From: Macrostomum lignano
Taxonomy: Eukaryota
Direction: 5' to 3'
Length of the DNA stretch: 64,000 nucleotides
Assembly (NCBI GenBank): GCA_002269645.1
Contig: NIVC01002201.1
Span: 202,277-266,276 of the forward strand
In this document: one piece after another, positions 1 through 14,071 of the stretch
Numbering within the stretch: position 1 is the stretch's first letter
How the letters are laid out: each line of letters starts with the position of its first letter
Made by a program: the position numbers and the translations under genes
The notes under the pieces: model-generated
Told to the model about the DNA's origin: nothing
The model's input: the letters and a program-made list of their open reading frames with translations, nothing else
The model's database searches: none

Positions 1-1368
1 GTCCATGAGTTAGTCCAATCGGTGTTACTGAGACTTCAGGGTCACAACGCAACTCTCTAGTATATCTCTGCAAATTAGTCCCCAACTCCTTCTCTTAGCA
101 AGTTTCTTAGAACTGTTTCTCAGCTTTCCAAATGAATAAGTTGCTCTTAACTTCAAGGTCTCTAAGGATTTGTAGATTGAACTGCTATTAGCTTTGATTG
201 CAATGAGTGCTCACAGACACATAGCCAGTTGATTTTATTTGGCTGCAAAATTGCTCCCATATGTATCCCAAAATTTCCCAATACAATTAACAAAAAATAT
301 TTCCCCAATTTATTTTGTGTATTAAAAGAAATGATTTACTGTATTATAACAAATATTTGGTGTATTCAAACAAACTAATATTTAGTGTCTTGTGTAGATT
401 TAATTTCTAAAAAAGGTACAATATTATTCAAGCATTATTCTTACATTGATTAGAAAGGTAAAATATTCAAATAGCACAATTACATAAATATTAGAAATAT
501 TTTGTATATTCTATATATCATTGTTTTGTTATAAATAATAGGGAAAATTTACGATAAACAGTGGCCAGCTGCAAGGCAAACCAAATAAATCCATTCCAAT
601 GTTTCTCTATTGTTTTCAAACTCACTTTTACCATTACTCAGGCTATTTCTCTAGATTTATCTGTATTGGAAAAGAAACTTATAATCAGCCTCAAGAGTAA
701 TTGCTCTTGTGTTACTTATTTTGAGTAGTAGATAGCAACTTAGAAATAGCCTGAAAATTGGGAGAATTCACTCCATTCTCAAAGAACAGGAACTCTAGAT
801 TTCGAATCTAGGAAATTGCCTTAGAAGGCAGTAAGAGCAGTAAACTTACTAGAGTGTAAGCTGTGACCCTCTGATCCTGGTAAGTTGTAACACCTGGACT
901 GAGAGAAAACCCACAATAGGAGAGAGCCAACAAGCCAATAAAATGCATTCAAGTAATAAATTTGCATTCTAGAAATTTCAAATCAAAAGATCTGTTCCCA
1001 ATTTCCATTTTTTAATGTTAAAATGCTGATCCCATGGAAATCAATTTTCCTCAGAATCTAAAGACTTTAGGATTAGGATCAGGATCACATCTAACCTCTA
1101 ATATCATCTTGACAGAGCTAATTTCAAATTTGAAATTTGATTTAAAAATTTGATGTTGTCCAACCCCTTGTATAGAAATACTAGGTTTCTTGCTCTTTCC
1201 ACTGGCTACTTCATGGAGGTTTTTTTCCAACTGTCTTGATTTTTTTCTGCAAGTCCATTTATTCATATTGATTGATTGTTGCTCATGCCAATGTTGCTTA
1301 ACTTGCTATCTATTGGTATAGGCTTGTAAAAGTTATTTATTAAATTTAGTCTAAATTTAATTTATATA

Positions 1369-1613
1369 TTGTGTCTCTTTTCAGCTCTCTTCTCTCCTCA
1401 CGATCATCTTTCCCATCTCTTCTTTCCTCTCCTCATCTTGTCTCATATCTTCTCTCTTATCTTTCTCATCTCTTCTCTCTTTTCCTCATCTCAATCTCTT
1501 CTCTCTTCTCATCTCATCTCACCCATCTCCTCTCCTTTCATCTCTTATCTAATCTAATCTCTCTTCTTTTTTTTCTAGGACCTTGAGGTAAAAAAAGTTT
1601 ACCAGCATGTCTG
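1369..1613 (-). mobile_element. Same hAT MITE family, partial copy
   Basis: TTGTGTCTCTTTTCAGCTCTCTTC internal motif, CT core, terminal GACCTTGAGGTAAAAAAAGTTTACCAGCATGTCTG, flank CCATACAG (nnnTAnnn). Confidence 0.55.
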
Positions 1614-2840
1614 CCATACAGAAACATGTGCATCTTAGTTTTCTAGATACTTTGTTGAACAAAGACTTTATATACCAGAGCTGGAAATAGAAGTCAAATT
1701 AAGTCTGTATTTTTCAGTAACTTAGTCTGGTCATGGTTCATATTTTAATTTGGGCTTTTTCTGCCTCCTGCCAGCGCGTGCACCCGCCTTGTTGACTGGG
1801 GCGTCTGACTGCCAACCAGGCCTTAACAGGACCAGCTGTGATTCATTCATCTCGTGATAATTAGCTTAGAGGCATTATATTGGATTCGGGTGCACTGGGG
1901 GCACAAAGAGAAATTGGCTATGGTCTTCTCTCTTTAGCTTTCATCGGGTTTTTGTAGAGGCATATAGTGGGGATGGATTTTCTAGTCTAGCGGGATTTCC
2001 TTTTCGTGTCTTTTTCTAGGGGCTGGCTCTCATATATTTCATTTCCTCTAGTTTGGCCTGTCTTGGCTTGGTTGCCATGCTAAACTGATAGGGTGCAGTC
2101 CTATCCACCTGGTGCTGGGAGTTCCGACAGTCTCCTGAAAGATTATGGGGCCGATTCTGGACTGGTTGAAGACAGAGTTATTCCATTCTTTCTATCCTTA
2201 AAGGCGGAACTTAAACCTTTTATCCCCTAAACACCCACTCGTGTATTTGGCATCTGGTACGGTAGGTTCCAACCCCATATTTTTCTACTCGCTTGCTAAC
2301 CACCCCACCTCCGAATCTCTTTCTGTCAGGTCAATTATCGACCTGCTAATAACCTGAATTATTCATTATGAAAAATGGCTGCTTGTGTCTTCATGCCTAG
2401 ACTAGGATCATTTTCAGAATGCTTATGTATTTGGCTTTTGTATCATTGGGCATTAGCTAGTCATTTTTATATACTTGACAACATATTGGTAGTTTATTAG
2501 AACTGTCCCGTTGCAATTTTTGAAGTTCGTTTCTATCTTTCCTCGTTTCTACTTTTTTAAAGAAATTCCAAGATTCGTATTTATAAAGTGGGCACTTTCT
2601 GTTAAGTGGGTTTTTGTTTATTTAGGCCACTTGGCCTTTTCTTAATTCAGAGTACTTATAATGAACGCTTTTTACATAACGACGAAAGGAAAGCTGTTTT
2701 AAGTGTCTTATAATCTGAACTCTGCACTTCTATTTCTGACCTCATATTTTTTCACTTCTTTTGCGTTCAAATTTTTAGCCCAGCTGTTTTCTTCAAACTA
2801 CAAATTTGGATTCAGGTAGTCGTAATAAAATTCGAGAAGC

Positions 2841-3672
2841 CTCATTATGATTCATGTCAGCTCATTAGGGTTTATGTCAACTCATTAGGATTTATGTCAG
2901 CTCATTAGGGTTTATGTCAACTCATTAGGATTCATGTCAGCTCATTAAGTTTATGTCAACTCATTAGGATTCATGTCAGCTCATTAAGGTTTATGTCAAC
3001 TCATTAGGATTCATGTCAGCTCATTAGGGTTTATGTCAACTGATTGGGATCCATGTCAGCTCATTAGGGTTCATGTCAACTTATTAGGGCTCATGTCAGC
3101 TCATTATGCTTTATGTCAACTCATTAGGATTCAGGTGGACTCATTAGAATTCAGGTAGACTCATTAGGATTTAGGTAGACTCAATAGGATTCGGGTAGAC
3201 TCATTAGGATTCAGGTAGATTCACTAGGATTCATGTAAGCTCATTAGAATTCATGTCAACTCAGAAGAAATATGGTAGAATCATTAGGATTCAGGTGGAC
3301 TCATTAGGATTCAGGTAGACTCATTAAGATTCAGGTAGACTCGTTATGTTTCAGGTAGAATCATTAGAATTCAGATAGAATCATTAGAATTCAATTAGAC
3401 CCATTAGGATTCAGGTAGACTCATTAGGATTCAGGTAGACTCATTAAGATTCAGGTAGACTCATTAAGATTCAGGTAGACTCATTAGGATTCAGGTAGAA
3501 TCATTAGAATTCAGGTAGACTCATTAGGATTCAGGTAGACTCATTAGGATTCAGGTAGACTCATTAGGATTCAGGTAGACTCATTGGGATTCAGGTAGAC
3601 TCATTAGAATTCAGGTAGACTCATTAGGATTCAGGTAGACTCATTAGGATTCAGGTAGACTCATTGGGATTC
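2841..3672. repeat. 20-bp minisatellite (CTCATTAGGATTCAGGTAGA and CTCATTAGGRTTYATGTCAR variants), about 41 units
   Basis: Direct reading of the tandem periodicity. Confidence 0.95.
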
Positions 3673-5871
3673 TGATGTTAATTTCATTGGAGTTTTTCCG
3701 ATGGCAACTTTAGACTTTTTATTAAAATAATAATGACACTAAAAGTTGAGTTTTTTATGGGTGTTTTCTACTGACCTACTCGGTCTAGTCAACCAGTGGC
3801 CTGTCTGCGCCTTCCTTTAGGCAAAGTTTTCTTTTAAAGCGAATCAATAGCAAGACTTGTTTGACTTGCTTGCAATTGTTTATGGTTTACTGTGTTGAAA
3901 CTATAGTAAGGTTGACATAAACACATTATCAGTTGTGTCAGCGGGTTAGGGTTAGGGTTTATCTTTGTTGTTGGTCGGGTTTTTTGAATAAGCAGGAAGG
4001 CTAAGAATTTGCTTGTTTATAAAACTGACTTTGATTTTCATATTTAAATAATGTCAACACTGGTTGGTAGGTCACTGAAGATGGCCTTGTGTGATAAGCG
4101 AATTATTGATAAACGATGAATTGAAAAGTATTGCTTGGAAATTTGCTTCTTGTGCCATTTTGTTGCGTTCATTAGACTGTCGTTTTGTACTTTTATTGCT
4201 GCTTTAGGGAAATTTGAAAAAAACACATTTACTTGCTTCTTCAGCTTCACTCCATGAATAATTATTGCATGGTTCCCGGGAAGTGTTATGTTTTGCATTG
4301 TGTGTGTGCGTGAGTGGTATTGTATTATAATTGTTGCTAAAAGAAGTGTTGAAAAGCCTGCGGGGGGTGGGGTGGGGTCTGGGGCAAGCCTCACTCAAGC
4401 CGACAGGAAACTTGCAACAAAAATGCAAATGGCAATTGCTTTAAGGCAAGTTCTGGCTGGGGTTTATGAAGCAGGCAAGGGCAGGCCCACTCGATTTGGT
4501 GTTCCTTGTGAGGAGTTTGAAATGGAAATGAAAAAGCAAGAAGGGGAGAGACAGAGAGAGAGAGAGTCAGAGAGTGTATAAGATGGTCTGGCCATTGCTT
4601 TTGAACGCAATCCCGCCAACCAATCAGCCGTCGAGTCTAGGGCTGCACGGATAGAGAGCAGAGTCAAGAGAGGGTTATGCTGGGTTGGGGGCAGCCACCC
4701 ATCCTCCTTTCGGATCGGGTTTTACGTATATGTTCAATAACGTTTGGAGAGCTTTATTATATGAGGCTTGCTGGAAATAGTTTTGCCCTAGGCTGTAGCA
4801 AAATGCAACTTTAGGAAGATTCGTTCATAAAGTTGCATATATTATTTTGCTTTATAAAAAGAACTCTGTTTCATTTGCTTCTGTATTGACTAATTTCTGG
4901 AACTGAATTAAATTCTTCTTGATAAACTTGCAGCATTGTTGCCAACTTGTCACGCAAATCAATTTTTAATCTTTGGTGCGCAACTATATTTGCCTGGAAG
5001 AAGTTCTCTTTTCAAATTGAATCGGATCAAAAGAAGTTTTAAATATTGAATCGACCAGGTAAGTTTACTGTTTGTGTTTATTAACACTACATTTCTATTG
5101 TCAGAATAGATTGCTATTGTGAAGTTTCAAAGGAGTTTTGATAAATAGTAGAACTATGCCTTGTTTAGCTTTTGACCTTGTCGACTCGTCGAGTTTTTTT
5201 GCTTTCAGCCTTGATTCGAATTTCTAGTGAATTTCTTTGGCTTTCTGAAGCCTATTTCTGCTTCAGGAATTATGTATATAATATATTCGGGAAATTGGAA
5301 GGGCTGCTTCTGCTTCTGTAGAACTGATCATTCGCTCTGATATCGCTTTGTTCTCACCACCCCCCCCCCGAAGCCCCTCCTTAGACGCCCCTTCCAGAAG
5401 CGGTGCGTGCTGCTACTTCTCTTAAGCCCTCCCCTCCCCCTCTCTCTCTCCGTCCCAGTCTCTCCTTCCCCTCTTTTCTGTTTCGCACAAGCTGATTGCC
5501 AGAACCAGCTGGCTATCCGTATTTTTGCTTGCCTCATCATCAAGGCCAGCAGCCTTGCTTCCCATTCTCTCCTATAGGCTTTATATAACCTTCTGAACCT
5601 TCTGGGTATCAACGGTGCCGTCTGTCTGCAATATTAATTTTTCACCCCTTATTTCTCTCTAAGCTATAATCTCTGTAGCTTTAATCTAGTAGGAAATCTT
5701 TCAGATTATCGATAAGAGCAAGAAGAACTGACACGGGGATTCTATTCTTTTCACTCTCTCTCTCTTTCTCTGGACTCTGTAAGAATCTAATTCAAACACT
5801 TTCTTTCTCTTTGGCATGGCTAACAAAAAAGGGCTTGAAGACCACTTTTGAAATATGAGATTAAGCTTTAT

Positions 5872-7183
5872 GAGACGCGTCGTCATGCATTTTATGGTGG
5901 GGGGGGCCAAGCCAAGAAAATTCTGCATGTACAGTATTCTCGGATTCGGTGTTGTTAGCACTCATTTTGGCGCCGAAGACAGGCACTCATTTTGGCGCCG
6001 CAGACGGCAGGCACTCATTTTAACGCCGCAGACAGGCACTCATTTTGGCGCCGCAGACAGGCACTCATTTTAACGCCGCAGACAGGCACTCATTTTGGCG
6101 CCGCAGACAGGCACTCATTTTAACGCCGCAGACAGGCACTCATTTTGGCGCCGCAGACAGGCACTCATTTTGGCGCCGAAGACAGGCACTCATTTTGGCG
6201 CCGCAGACGACAGGCACTCATTTTAACGCCGCAGACAGGCACTCATTTTGGCGCCGCAGACAGGCACTCATTTTGGCGCCGAAGACAGGCACTCATTTTG
6301 GCGCCGCAGACAGGCACTCATTTTGGCGCCGCAGACAGGCACTCATTTTGGCGCCGCAGACAGGCACTCATTTTGGCGCCGAAGACAGGCACTCATTTTG
6401 GCGCCGCAGGCAGGCACTCATTTTTGGCACCGCAAACAGGCACTCATTTTGGCGCCGAAGACAGGCACTCATTTTGGCGCCGAAGACAGGCACTCATTTT
6501 GGCGCTGCAGGCAGGCACTCATTTTGGCGCTGCAGGCAGGCACTCATTTTGGCGCCGCAGACAGCCTGAGACAGGCACTCATTTTGGCGCCGCAGGCAGG
6601 CACTCATTTTTGGCACCGCAAGCAGGCACTCATTTTGGCGCCGCAAACAGGCACTCATTTTGGCGCCGCAGACAGGCACTCATTTTGGCGCCGCAGGCAG
6701 GCACTCATTTTGGCGCCTCAGACAGCCTGAGACAGGCACTCATTTTGGCGCCGCAGGCAGGCACTCATTTTTTGTAACCGCAAGCAGGCACTCATTTTGG
6801 CGCCGCAAACAGGCACTCATTTTGGCGCCGCAGACAGGCACTCATTTTGGCGCCGCAGGCAGGCACTCATTTTGGCGCTGCAGGCAGGCACTCATTTTGG
6901 CGCCGCAGACAGGCACTCATTTTGGCGCCGCAGGCAGGCACTCATTTTGGCGCCGCAGGCAGGCACTCATTTTGGCGCCGCAGACAGGCACTCATTTTGG
7001 CGCCGCAGGCAGGCACTCATTTTGGCGCTGCAGGCGCAATATTTTGGCGCCCTGAAGCAAAACTATTGATTTCCACAACGGGTCACAAATTTAGTGTGGG
7101 GGGGGGGACAAAGCTTTGTCAACAGAATCAACCAGCTGTTACTGAAGGGGGGACATGTCCCCCCCCCAGTGGCGGTGCGTCAG
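5872..7183. mobile_element. Non-autonomous hAT-like DNA element (MITE) carrying a 25-bp minisatellite
   Basis: 8-bp direct repeat AGCTTTAT at 5864-5871 and 7184-7191. Imperfect 14-bp TIR (GAGACGCGTCGTCA vs reverse complement CTGACGCACCGCCA, 9/14). Subterminal G-runs and palindrome GGGGGGACATGTCCCCCC at 7147-7164. Confidence 0.65.
5958..7052. repeat. 25-bp CpG-rich minisatellite (GACAGGCACTCATTTTGGCGCCGCA), about 44 units
   Basis: Tandem units; the 25-aa period in the ORF track equals 3 units. Confidence 0.95.
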
Positions 7184-8894
7184 AGCTTTATAATGCCTAA
7201 TATTTAACCTTCCAATTCGTTTTCTATAAACCCATCATCTTTCTTTTAATTCCCACGATTATTTAAATCAATAACTTTTATTTGAAGATGTGCCGACAAA
7301 GGTTTTTAGTTTAGACAGGGTCAGTTTCTCTCATAACAGAATGGCGCCACTGTCAAGTCTGTCTTTATATAAAATTAATCATTTTCAGTAGTAGATAGTG
7401 AAGTTTGACAACCATTTATAATGTCTACTGCGGCTGACTTGGCTGCTTCTGTGTTCTGTCATTTTATATGCAGTGTTTGCCTTACGTTTTTCTCTCTCTC
7501 TCACGGGGGTCTGGATATGAATAGGCTTAGACTGAGATGAGCCTACTTGGTGGGAAAGAGAAAGTCAATTGTCATTTTACTTTCTGGCCTAGTAAGAAAA
7601 ACCGAAACTTATAGCCCTCTGTGGCTATAGGCTATGCATCCTATACATCCTATACATCGAAGTGAAGAGAGAGAGAAAAAGACGTTAAAAACGACGCGAA
7701 GTAGAAAAAAGTAGTTTCCGTTGATCTGTTCAACGAATTTCGTCGTACAGGCGTGTGTTTACTAGTAAGGTTTTCTCCATCTACTAGAGGCAGGCCCTGC
7801 TGCGGTCCAATGCCAAACACTGCTAGGGCTGTGGTTTGAAATCCCATGACCGCAGTAAACTTGCTTCCAAGAAGCGGTTCCTTCCTTGAAAATTGACTGA
7901 ACAACTCTCTGTACGCACGCATATAAGCTGACGGCGAGAATGTCACTGGTTGGGTGGACGGTTTTTTTCCCTTTTCGACTTGACAGTCAGATTAGAAAAT
8001 GGGCCAAGGTGGACCAGAAGGTAGAAATTGGGAAATTAACTTGTTTTTTTATTAGAGGCAGGGGCATGTGTGCACCCTGGCGCACTTTAAGCGACATTGT
8101 CGCATAACCGGCAAGAGGCATATTACTGCCCATTCTGCCGACTCCTCTGAGCAGGCACACAGGCGCGCGCATACGTACGCAGGCACACACTGGAAAGTAA
8201 TCAGTAAAGTTACTTCATTGAGCATAAGTGAAATTCCAAAAAAGAATCAATTTGCATTTAATCTTGATGCAACTTCCACGAAGATTTCGCAATGTTCAGA
8301 CGCGAGCTTCCAATCCAACACGGTGCCATTTTTTAGAAGTCCCTGGTTTGGTTTCAATATTTCCTCGCATCAGCTGTCGAAACGGGTGACATATTGGATG
8401 CTTTTAGGCTACCTTTGCATTGTACGTCGCAGATGCTGAAAGGTGTGAAAAGAAGTTTCTTTCATCAGTTAGAATTTTGTAATTTTAAAAGAGGCCGTTA
8501 AACCAGCTACCATTGCATCTACATGTATGTGTGCCTACGTACCTACCTACCTACGCAATACTTAGTTAGCCCTTGCATGTAATGGCTTAAAACTGCGGGG
8601 CACACAGGCGTAACCTACAGTGGAACACTCTCAAGTTCAAGTAAAAGCAAAAGTTTCCATATAAAGCTTTCCTTTCGTCTTTTCGATTTCTACATATAGC
8701 TGCTGACGGTATTTTTTCGATTTCGCCTCTCTGACTGTAACTACGCATTTTGTCGCTCAGTTGTGCGTGGTGTGTGGCATCGCTCCGAAAGCGAAGTTAA
8801 CCCTCGAACTCTCAGTTCAGTGGCTTTTTGGGGTAGTGTGCTGCTGTTGTGTGTGTACACTGATTGAATTTGTCATTCACCCACTCACTCAAAT

Positions 8895-9150
8895 CAGCCA
8901 GTCAGTCAGCCAGTCAGTCAGTCAGTCACCCACTCACTCACTCAAGTCAGCCAGTCAGTCAGTCAGTCAGTCAGTTAGTCAGTCAGTCAATCAGTAAGTC
9001 AGTCAGTCAGTCAGTCAATCAGTCAGTCAGTCAGTCAGTCAGTCAGTCAGTCAGTCAGTCAATCAGTAAGTCAGTCAGTCAGTCAGTCAGTCAGTCAGTC
9101 AATCAGTCAATCAGTAAGTCAGTCAGTCAGTCAGTCAATCAGTCAGTCAG
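8895..9150. repeat. (CAGT)n microsatellite
   Basis: Direct reading. Confidence 0.95.
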
Positions 9151-10016
9151 TTCCTCAGTGATTAACACTCGGTCACTGTGTCACTCAGACGATAATTTTC
9201 TCAGTCACTATTTTGAATACATCAACAGAATAAAGTATGTAAAACCAAAAACTAAAAGAGATTTTCTCCCTAAAAGCAGAAGTCTCGCAACATTTTTAGG
9301 CATTCGAAAGCTTGATTAAAGTTTGCTACATAAAGGTCGCGTTACTTGCTTAGTCAGTTCGGTACAGTACAGAAAAAGGCCAGCAATGGTGGGAGGTTTG
9401 AAACAGGAATCACAGGCAAGTCTCTCCCCTGCTGTAGGGCCATTAAAACTGCTGTACTGCCTGCTTATAGAGACTTGCAGCTCCAGTTTTTGGCCATCAG
9501 GTTTCCTGGCACAGGAATGGCTGGGAGGGCTCGATCTGAGAGGTGCAGTGAAATCTGCAGTGGTATTTTTTAATAGTATCAATTTTATTGCTTCTTCTAC
9601 TGCTTGCCCGTGTGCTGCTAGCCATCTTTTAGTCTAGCAGAGTTTAAAAATTTTTTGCTTTCCTATATCGCAGCATACAAGCATAAATAACTGTCAGTAA
9701 TTAAAAGCAGGAAGTCTGCTTTAAAGTGTGATAAGAATTCTTCTAGTTAGTGGTTTCTTTTTATGGCTGGCCGGGTAAATGATAATACAATACTTCCTTT
9801 TAGTTGTTGGCTTAGTCACACCCTGACTGGCTTGACTGGCACATGACTTGCAACACCCTGAGAGCTGTCAAATGAATTGACAGTGTTCAATTTCTACACT
9901 TGAGCCGCCACGCAACCCCCTGACACCAGCATATACAAACTAGCCGTGTGCGAGCTTGTGCACAGTAATTCACTATAGCGCGCTTATGTTCGACTGGGTT
10001 CAAGATAATCAATTTA

Positions 10017-10600
10017 ACCGGCCCGCGTAGCCTCTCTCTATGCAGCCCTCGGCTTCTTTGAAACTTTACAATAGCAATCCACCCCGCTCAGGGTTAGTGT
10101 CTCTTCTCAGCTGTCTTCTCTCCTCTCTCCTCCCTATTCTCTCCTGTCTATTCTCTTCTCTTCTCTCCCCTCTTCTCTCCTCTCTCCTCCCTATTCTCTC
10201 CTGTCTATTCTCTTCTCTCTACTCCTCTTCTCTATCACCCTTCTTCTCTCCTCTTCACTTTATGACTCTCATCTCTCCTCTCTAATCTCTCTTCGCTTCT
10301 CTTCTCTTCTCTTCCCTCTTCTCTCCTCTCTCCTCCCTATTCTCTCCTGTCTATTCTCTTCTCTTCTCTCTAGTCTCCTCTCTTCTCTATCACCCTTCTT
10401 CTCTCCTCTTTACTTTCTGACTCTCATTTCTCCTCTCTAATCTCTCCTCTCTTCTCTTCTCTTCTCTTCTCTCCCCTCTTCTCTCGTCCTCTTTTCTCTC
10501 CTATCTAATCTCCCCTCTTTTCTACTCTCCCCCTTCTTCTCTTCTCTATTCCCTGTCCTCTCATCTGGCCCTTGGAATAAAAAAGGAAGGCCGACCCTCG
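10017..10600 (-). mobile_element. Same hAT MITE family, copy with expanded CT-rich core
   Basis: Reverse complements of the family motifs: ACAATAGCAATCCACCCCGCTCAGGGTTAGTGTCTCTTCTCAGC (~10068-10110) and CATCTGGCCCTTGG...GGCCGACCCTCG (10562-10600). Confidence 0.65.
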
Positions 10601-11201
10601 AATGAAAGTATAAGAAATGCCATGAATGAAAGACTTGATCCACTGATTGGCAATTGGGAAAGAGAAGAGGCTGAAATAATATCATTCATTCTCTTCATAA
10701 TTAGTTTTGATTGTGCTACATACAGTATCAACATTATCTTCAACGGGATGACGTAATCAATAGGCCATATAAGAATGGCTTACTTGCAGACTTTAGTTTC
10801 TTTACTCAGCGTTCAACGGAGTCTGTATCGGTATCTGCTTTCCGATTCTTTATTTTTAGATTTCGTTTTCTAGATAGAAGAATTTTGCAGCAATCAGCAA
10901 GCGTTCGACACTCGGCAACAATTTAAAAAGGGACCGCCCAGTCTCTCTCTCCGCTTCATCATTCTTTCCTACAATCCAATTTCGACCCAAGCGATATCTG
11001 CTGTATCTGTTGCTTTCTGCGGCTCAGCATCTTTGATTGCGTAATCAAACCAGTTTTTGTGCCTGTCTGCTTCTGCTAGGCCTGCCCCTTTATTGTAACC
11101 ATATGACTGCCTGCTGACGGCGTCTGTGCAACACCTACATGATGGGTGGCAGCTGTCTGCTTTTTCTTGTATCTGCCACTTCTAGCCTAGCCTTGTCCCT
11201 G

Positions 11202-12410
11202 GCTGAATCTGTCCTCTGCCTAGCTGTTGTGTCTCAGTGTCTGTCTGAATCTGTCCTCTGCCCTAGCTGTTGTGTCTCAGTGTCTGTCTGAATCTGTCCT
11301 CTGCCCTAGCTGTTGTGTCTCAGTGTCTGCCTGAATCTGTCCTCTGCCCTAGCTGTTGTGTCTCAGTGTCTGTCTGAATCTGTCCTCTGCCCTAGCTGTT
11401 GTGTCTCAGTGTCTGTCTGAATCTGTCCTCTGCCTACCTGTTGTGTCTCAGTGTCTGTCTGAATCTGTCCTCTGCCCTAGCTGTTGTGTCTCAGTGTCTG
11501 TCTGAATCTGTCCTCTGCCCTAGCTGTTGTGTCTCAGTGTCTGCCTGAATCTGTCCTCTGCCCTAGCTGTTGTGTCTCAGTGTCTGTCTGAATCTGTCCT
11601 CTGCCCTAGCTGTTGTGTCTCAGTGTCTGCCTGAATCTGTCCTCTGCCCTAGCTGTTGTGTCTCAGTGTCTGTCTGAATCTGTCCTCTGCCCTAGCTGTT
11701 GTGTCTCAGTGTCTGTCTGAATCTGTCCTCTGCCTACCTGTTGTGTCTCAGTGTCTGTCTGAATCTGTCCTCTGCCCTAGCTGTTGTGTCTCAGTGTCTG
11801 TCTGAATCTGTCCTCTGCCCTAGCTGTTGTGTCTCAGTGTCTGCCTGAATCTGTCCTCTGCCCTAGCTGTTGTGTCTCAGTGTCTGCCTGAATCTGTCCT
11901 CTGCCTAGCTGTTGTGTCTCAGTGTCTGTCTGAATCTGTCCTCTGCCCTAGCTGTTGTGTCTCAGTGTCTGTCTGAATCTGTCCTCTGCCTAGCTGTTGT
12001 GTCTCAGTGTCTGTCTGAATCTGTCCTCTGCCTAGCTGTTGTGTCTCAGTGTCTGCCTGAATCTGTCCTCTGCCTAGCTGTTGTGTCTCAGTGTCTGTCT
12101 GAATCTGTCCTCTGCCTAGCTGTTGTGTCTCAGTGTCTGTCTGAATCTGTCCTCTGCCCTAGCTGTTGTGTCTCAGTGTCTGTCTGAATCTGTCCTCTGC
12201 CTAGCTGTTGTGTCTCAGTGTCTGTCTGAATCTGTCCTCTGCCTAGCTGTTGTGTCTCAGTGTCTGCCTGAATCTGTCCTCTGCCTAGCTGTTGTGTCTC
12301 AGTATCTGTCTGAATCTGTCCTCTGCCTAGCTGTTGTGTCTCAGTGTCTGCCTGAATCTGTCCTCTGCCTAGCTGTTGTGTCTCAGTGTCTGCCTGAATC
12401 TGTCCTCTGC
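11202..12410. repeat. 42/43-bp minisatellite (CTGAATCTGTCCTCTGCC(C)TAGCTGTTGTGTCTCAGTGTCTGT), about 28 units
   Basis: Tandem units; 14-aa period in the ORF track. Confidence 0.95.
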
Positions 12411-12780
12411 CTTCACACGCTAGATTTGACAATCTTACTACATTTTGACATAGATTATAATTTCTCTAAAAAGTTGGCATTGATTGGTGTTTTAATTTTT
12501 CATTCCAATCAACTATCCTCTTTAATCATTTGGATCGCCTGTCTTTATCATTTTTTCGTCCTACTAATTACCGTCAAAGTTTTCACGCTGGGCCCTAAGA
12601 CCTAAGGCAGAGATTGGGTGGTAGGCAGGGCCTGCTTGACCTAGTCATCATGGCCATGCAGTGAAGGGTAGCTGGGGTATCCCTCCCTACATAGGCTTGT
12701 TTTAACAAGGTGATAAAAATTTGGTTGCGCAGTTCAGGTGCTTCATGATGACCCTCTATCTCTGTCCGTCTGTCTGTCTG

Positions 12781-13101
12781 TCTGCAGTAGTGTCGCCGGG
12801 TTTCAAGGAGGCTGGTGAGGCTGGCTAAGACGGTTTTTGGTTACTTGGGCCTGCGCAAGGGTTTAAACTGACTGGATTCATGCTTGGCTTGTTTGCGCGA
12901 CGCGTAGATGGTCCATCTTTCTTCACACCGCCTAGTTGCTTAGACTAGGCTAACGCTTGAATGCATATATAATGTGTGTGTGTCAGACTGGTTGCTTGGG
13001 CGCTATTATTTTATATGCAAGACTGGTTCGTTGCCTCTGCTTGCAGTTGTCAAGAGCTGTCTGTCCGTCCGTTTGTCTATGTGTCTTTCTGTCTGTCTCT
13101 G

Positions 13102-13185
<84 letters not shown>

Positions 13186-13499
13186 CAGTAGTGTCGCCGG
13201 GTTTCAAGGAGGCTGGTGAGGCTGGCTAAGACGGTTTTTGGTTACTTGGGCCTGCGCAAGGGTTTAAACTGACTGGATTCATGCTTGGCTTGTTTGCGCG
13301 ACGCGTAGATGGTCCATCTTTCTTCACACCGCCTAGTTGCTTAGACTAGGCTAACGCTTGAATGCATATATAATGTGTGTGTGTCAGACTGGTTGCTTGG
13401 GCGCTATTATTCTATATGCAAGACTGGTTCGTTGCCTCTGCTTGCAGTTGTCAAGAGCTGTCTGTCCGTCCGTTTGTCTATGTGTCTTTCTGTCTGTCT

Positions 13500-13520
<21 letters not shown>
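12781..13520. repeat. 401-bp tandem segmental duplication bounded by (TCTG)n
   Basis: TCTGCAGTAGTGTCGCCGGG at 12781 and 13182; near-identical unique sequence follows both. Confidence 0.92.

Positions 13521-14071
<551 letters not shown>

Noticed and set aside
1-1266. Possible minus-strand exons (acceptor/donor pair at 898-850; ORF 1051-1266)
   Set aside because: Could not be joined into a consistent frame or matched to any known domain by eye. A TBLASTX or RNA-seq check would settle it.
3943-3959. GGGTTAGGGTTAGGGTT telomere-like tract
   Set aside because: Under three units; too short to call an interstitial telomere.
5855-7200. GTHFGAADRHSFW repeat ORFs; also SVCL/DRQT/SIYL and YGRFFNIL/DENLLRI ORFs elsewhere
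   Set aside because: All are products of mini- or microsatellites.
4044-9637. Short protein-like ORFs (4288-4581, 5328-5612, 5701-5961, 7650-7946, 9316-9637)
   Set aside because: No recognisable motifs and no coherent splice chain; probably decayed TE or random sequence.
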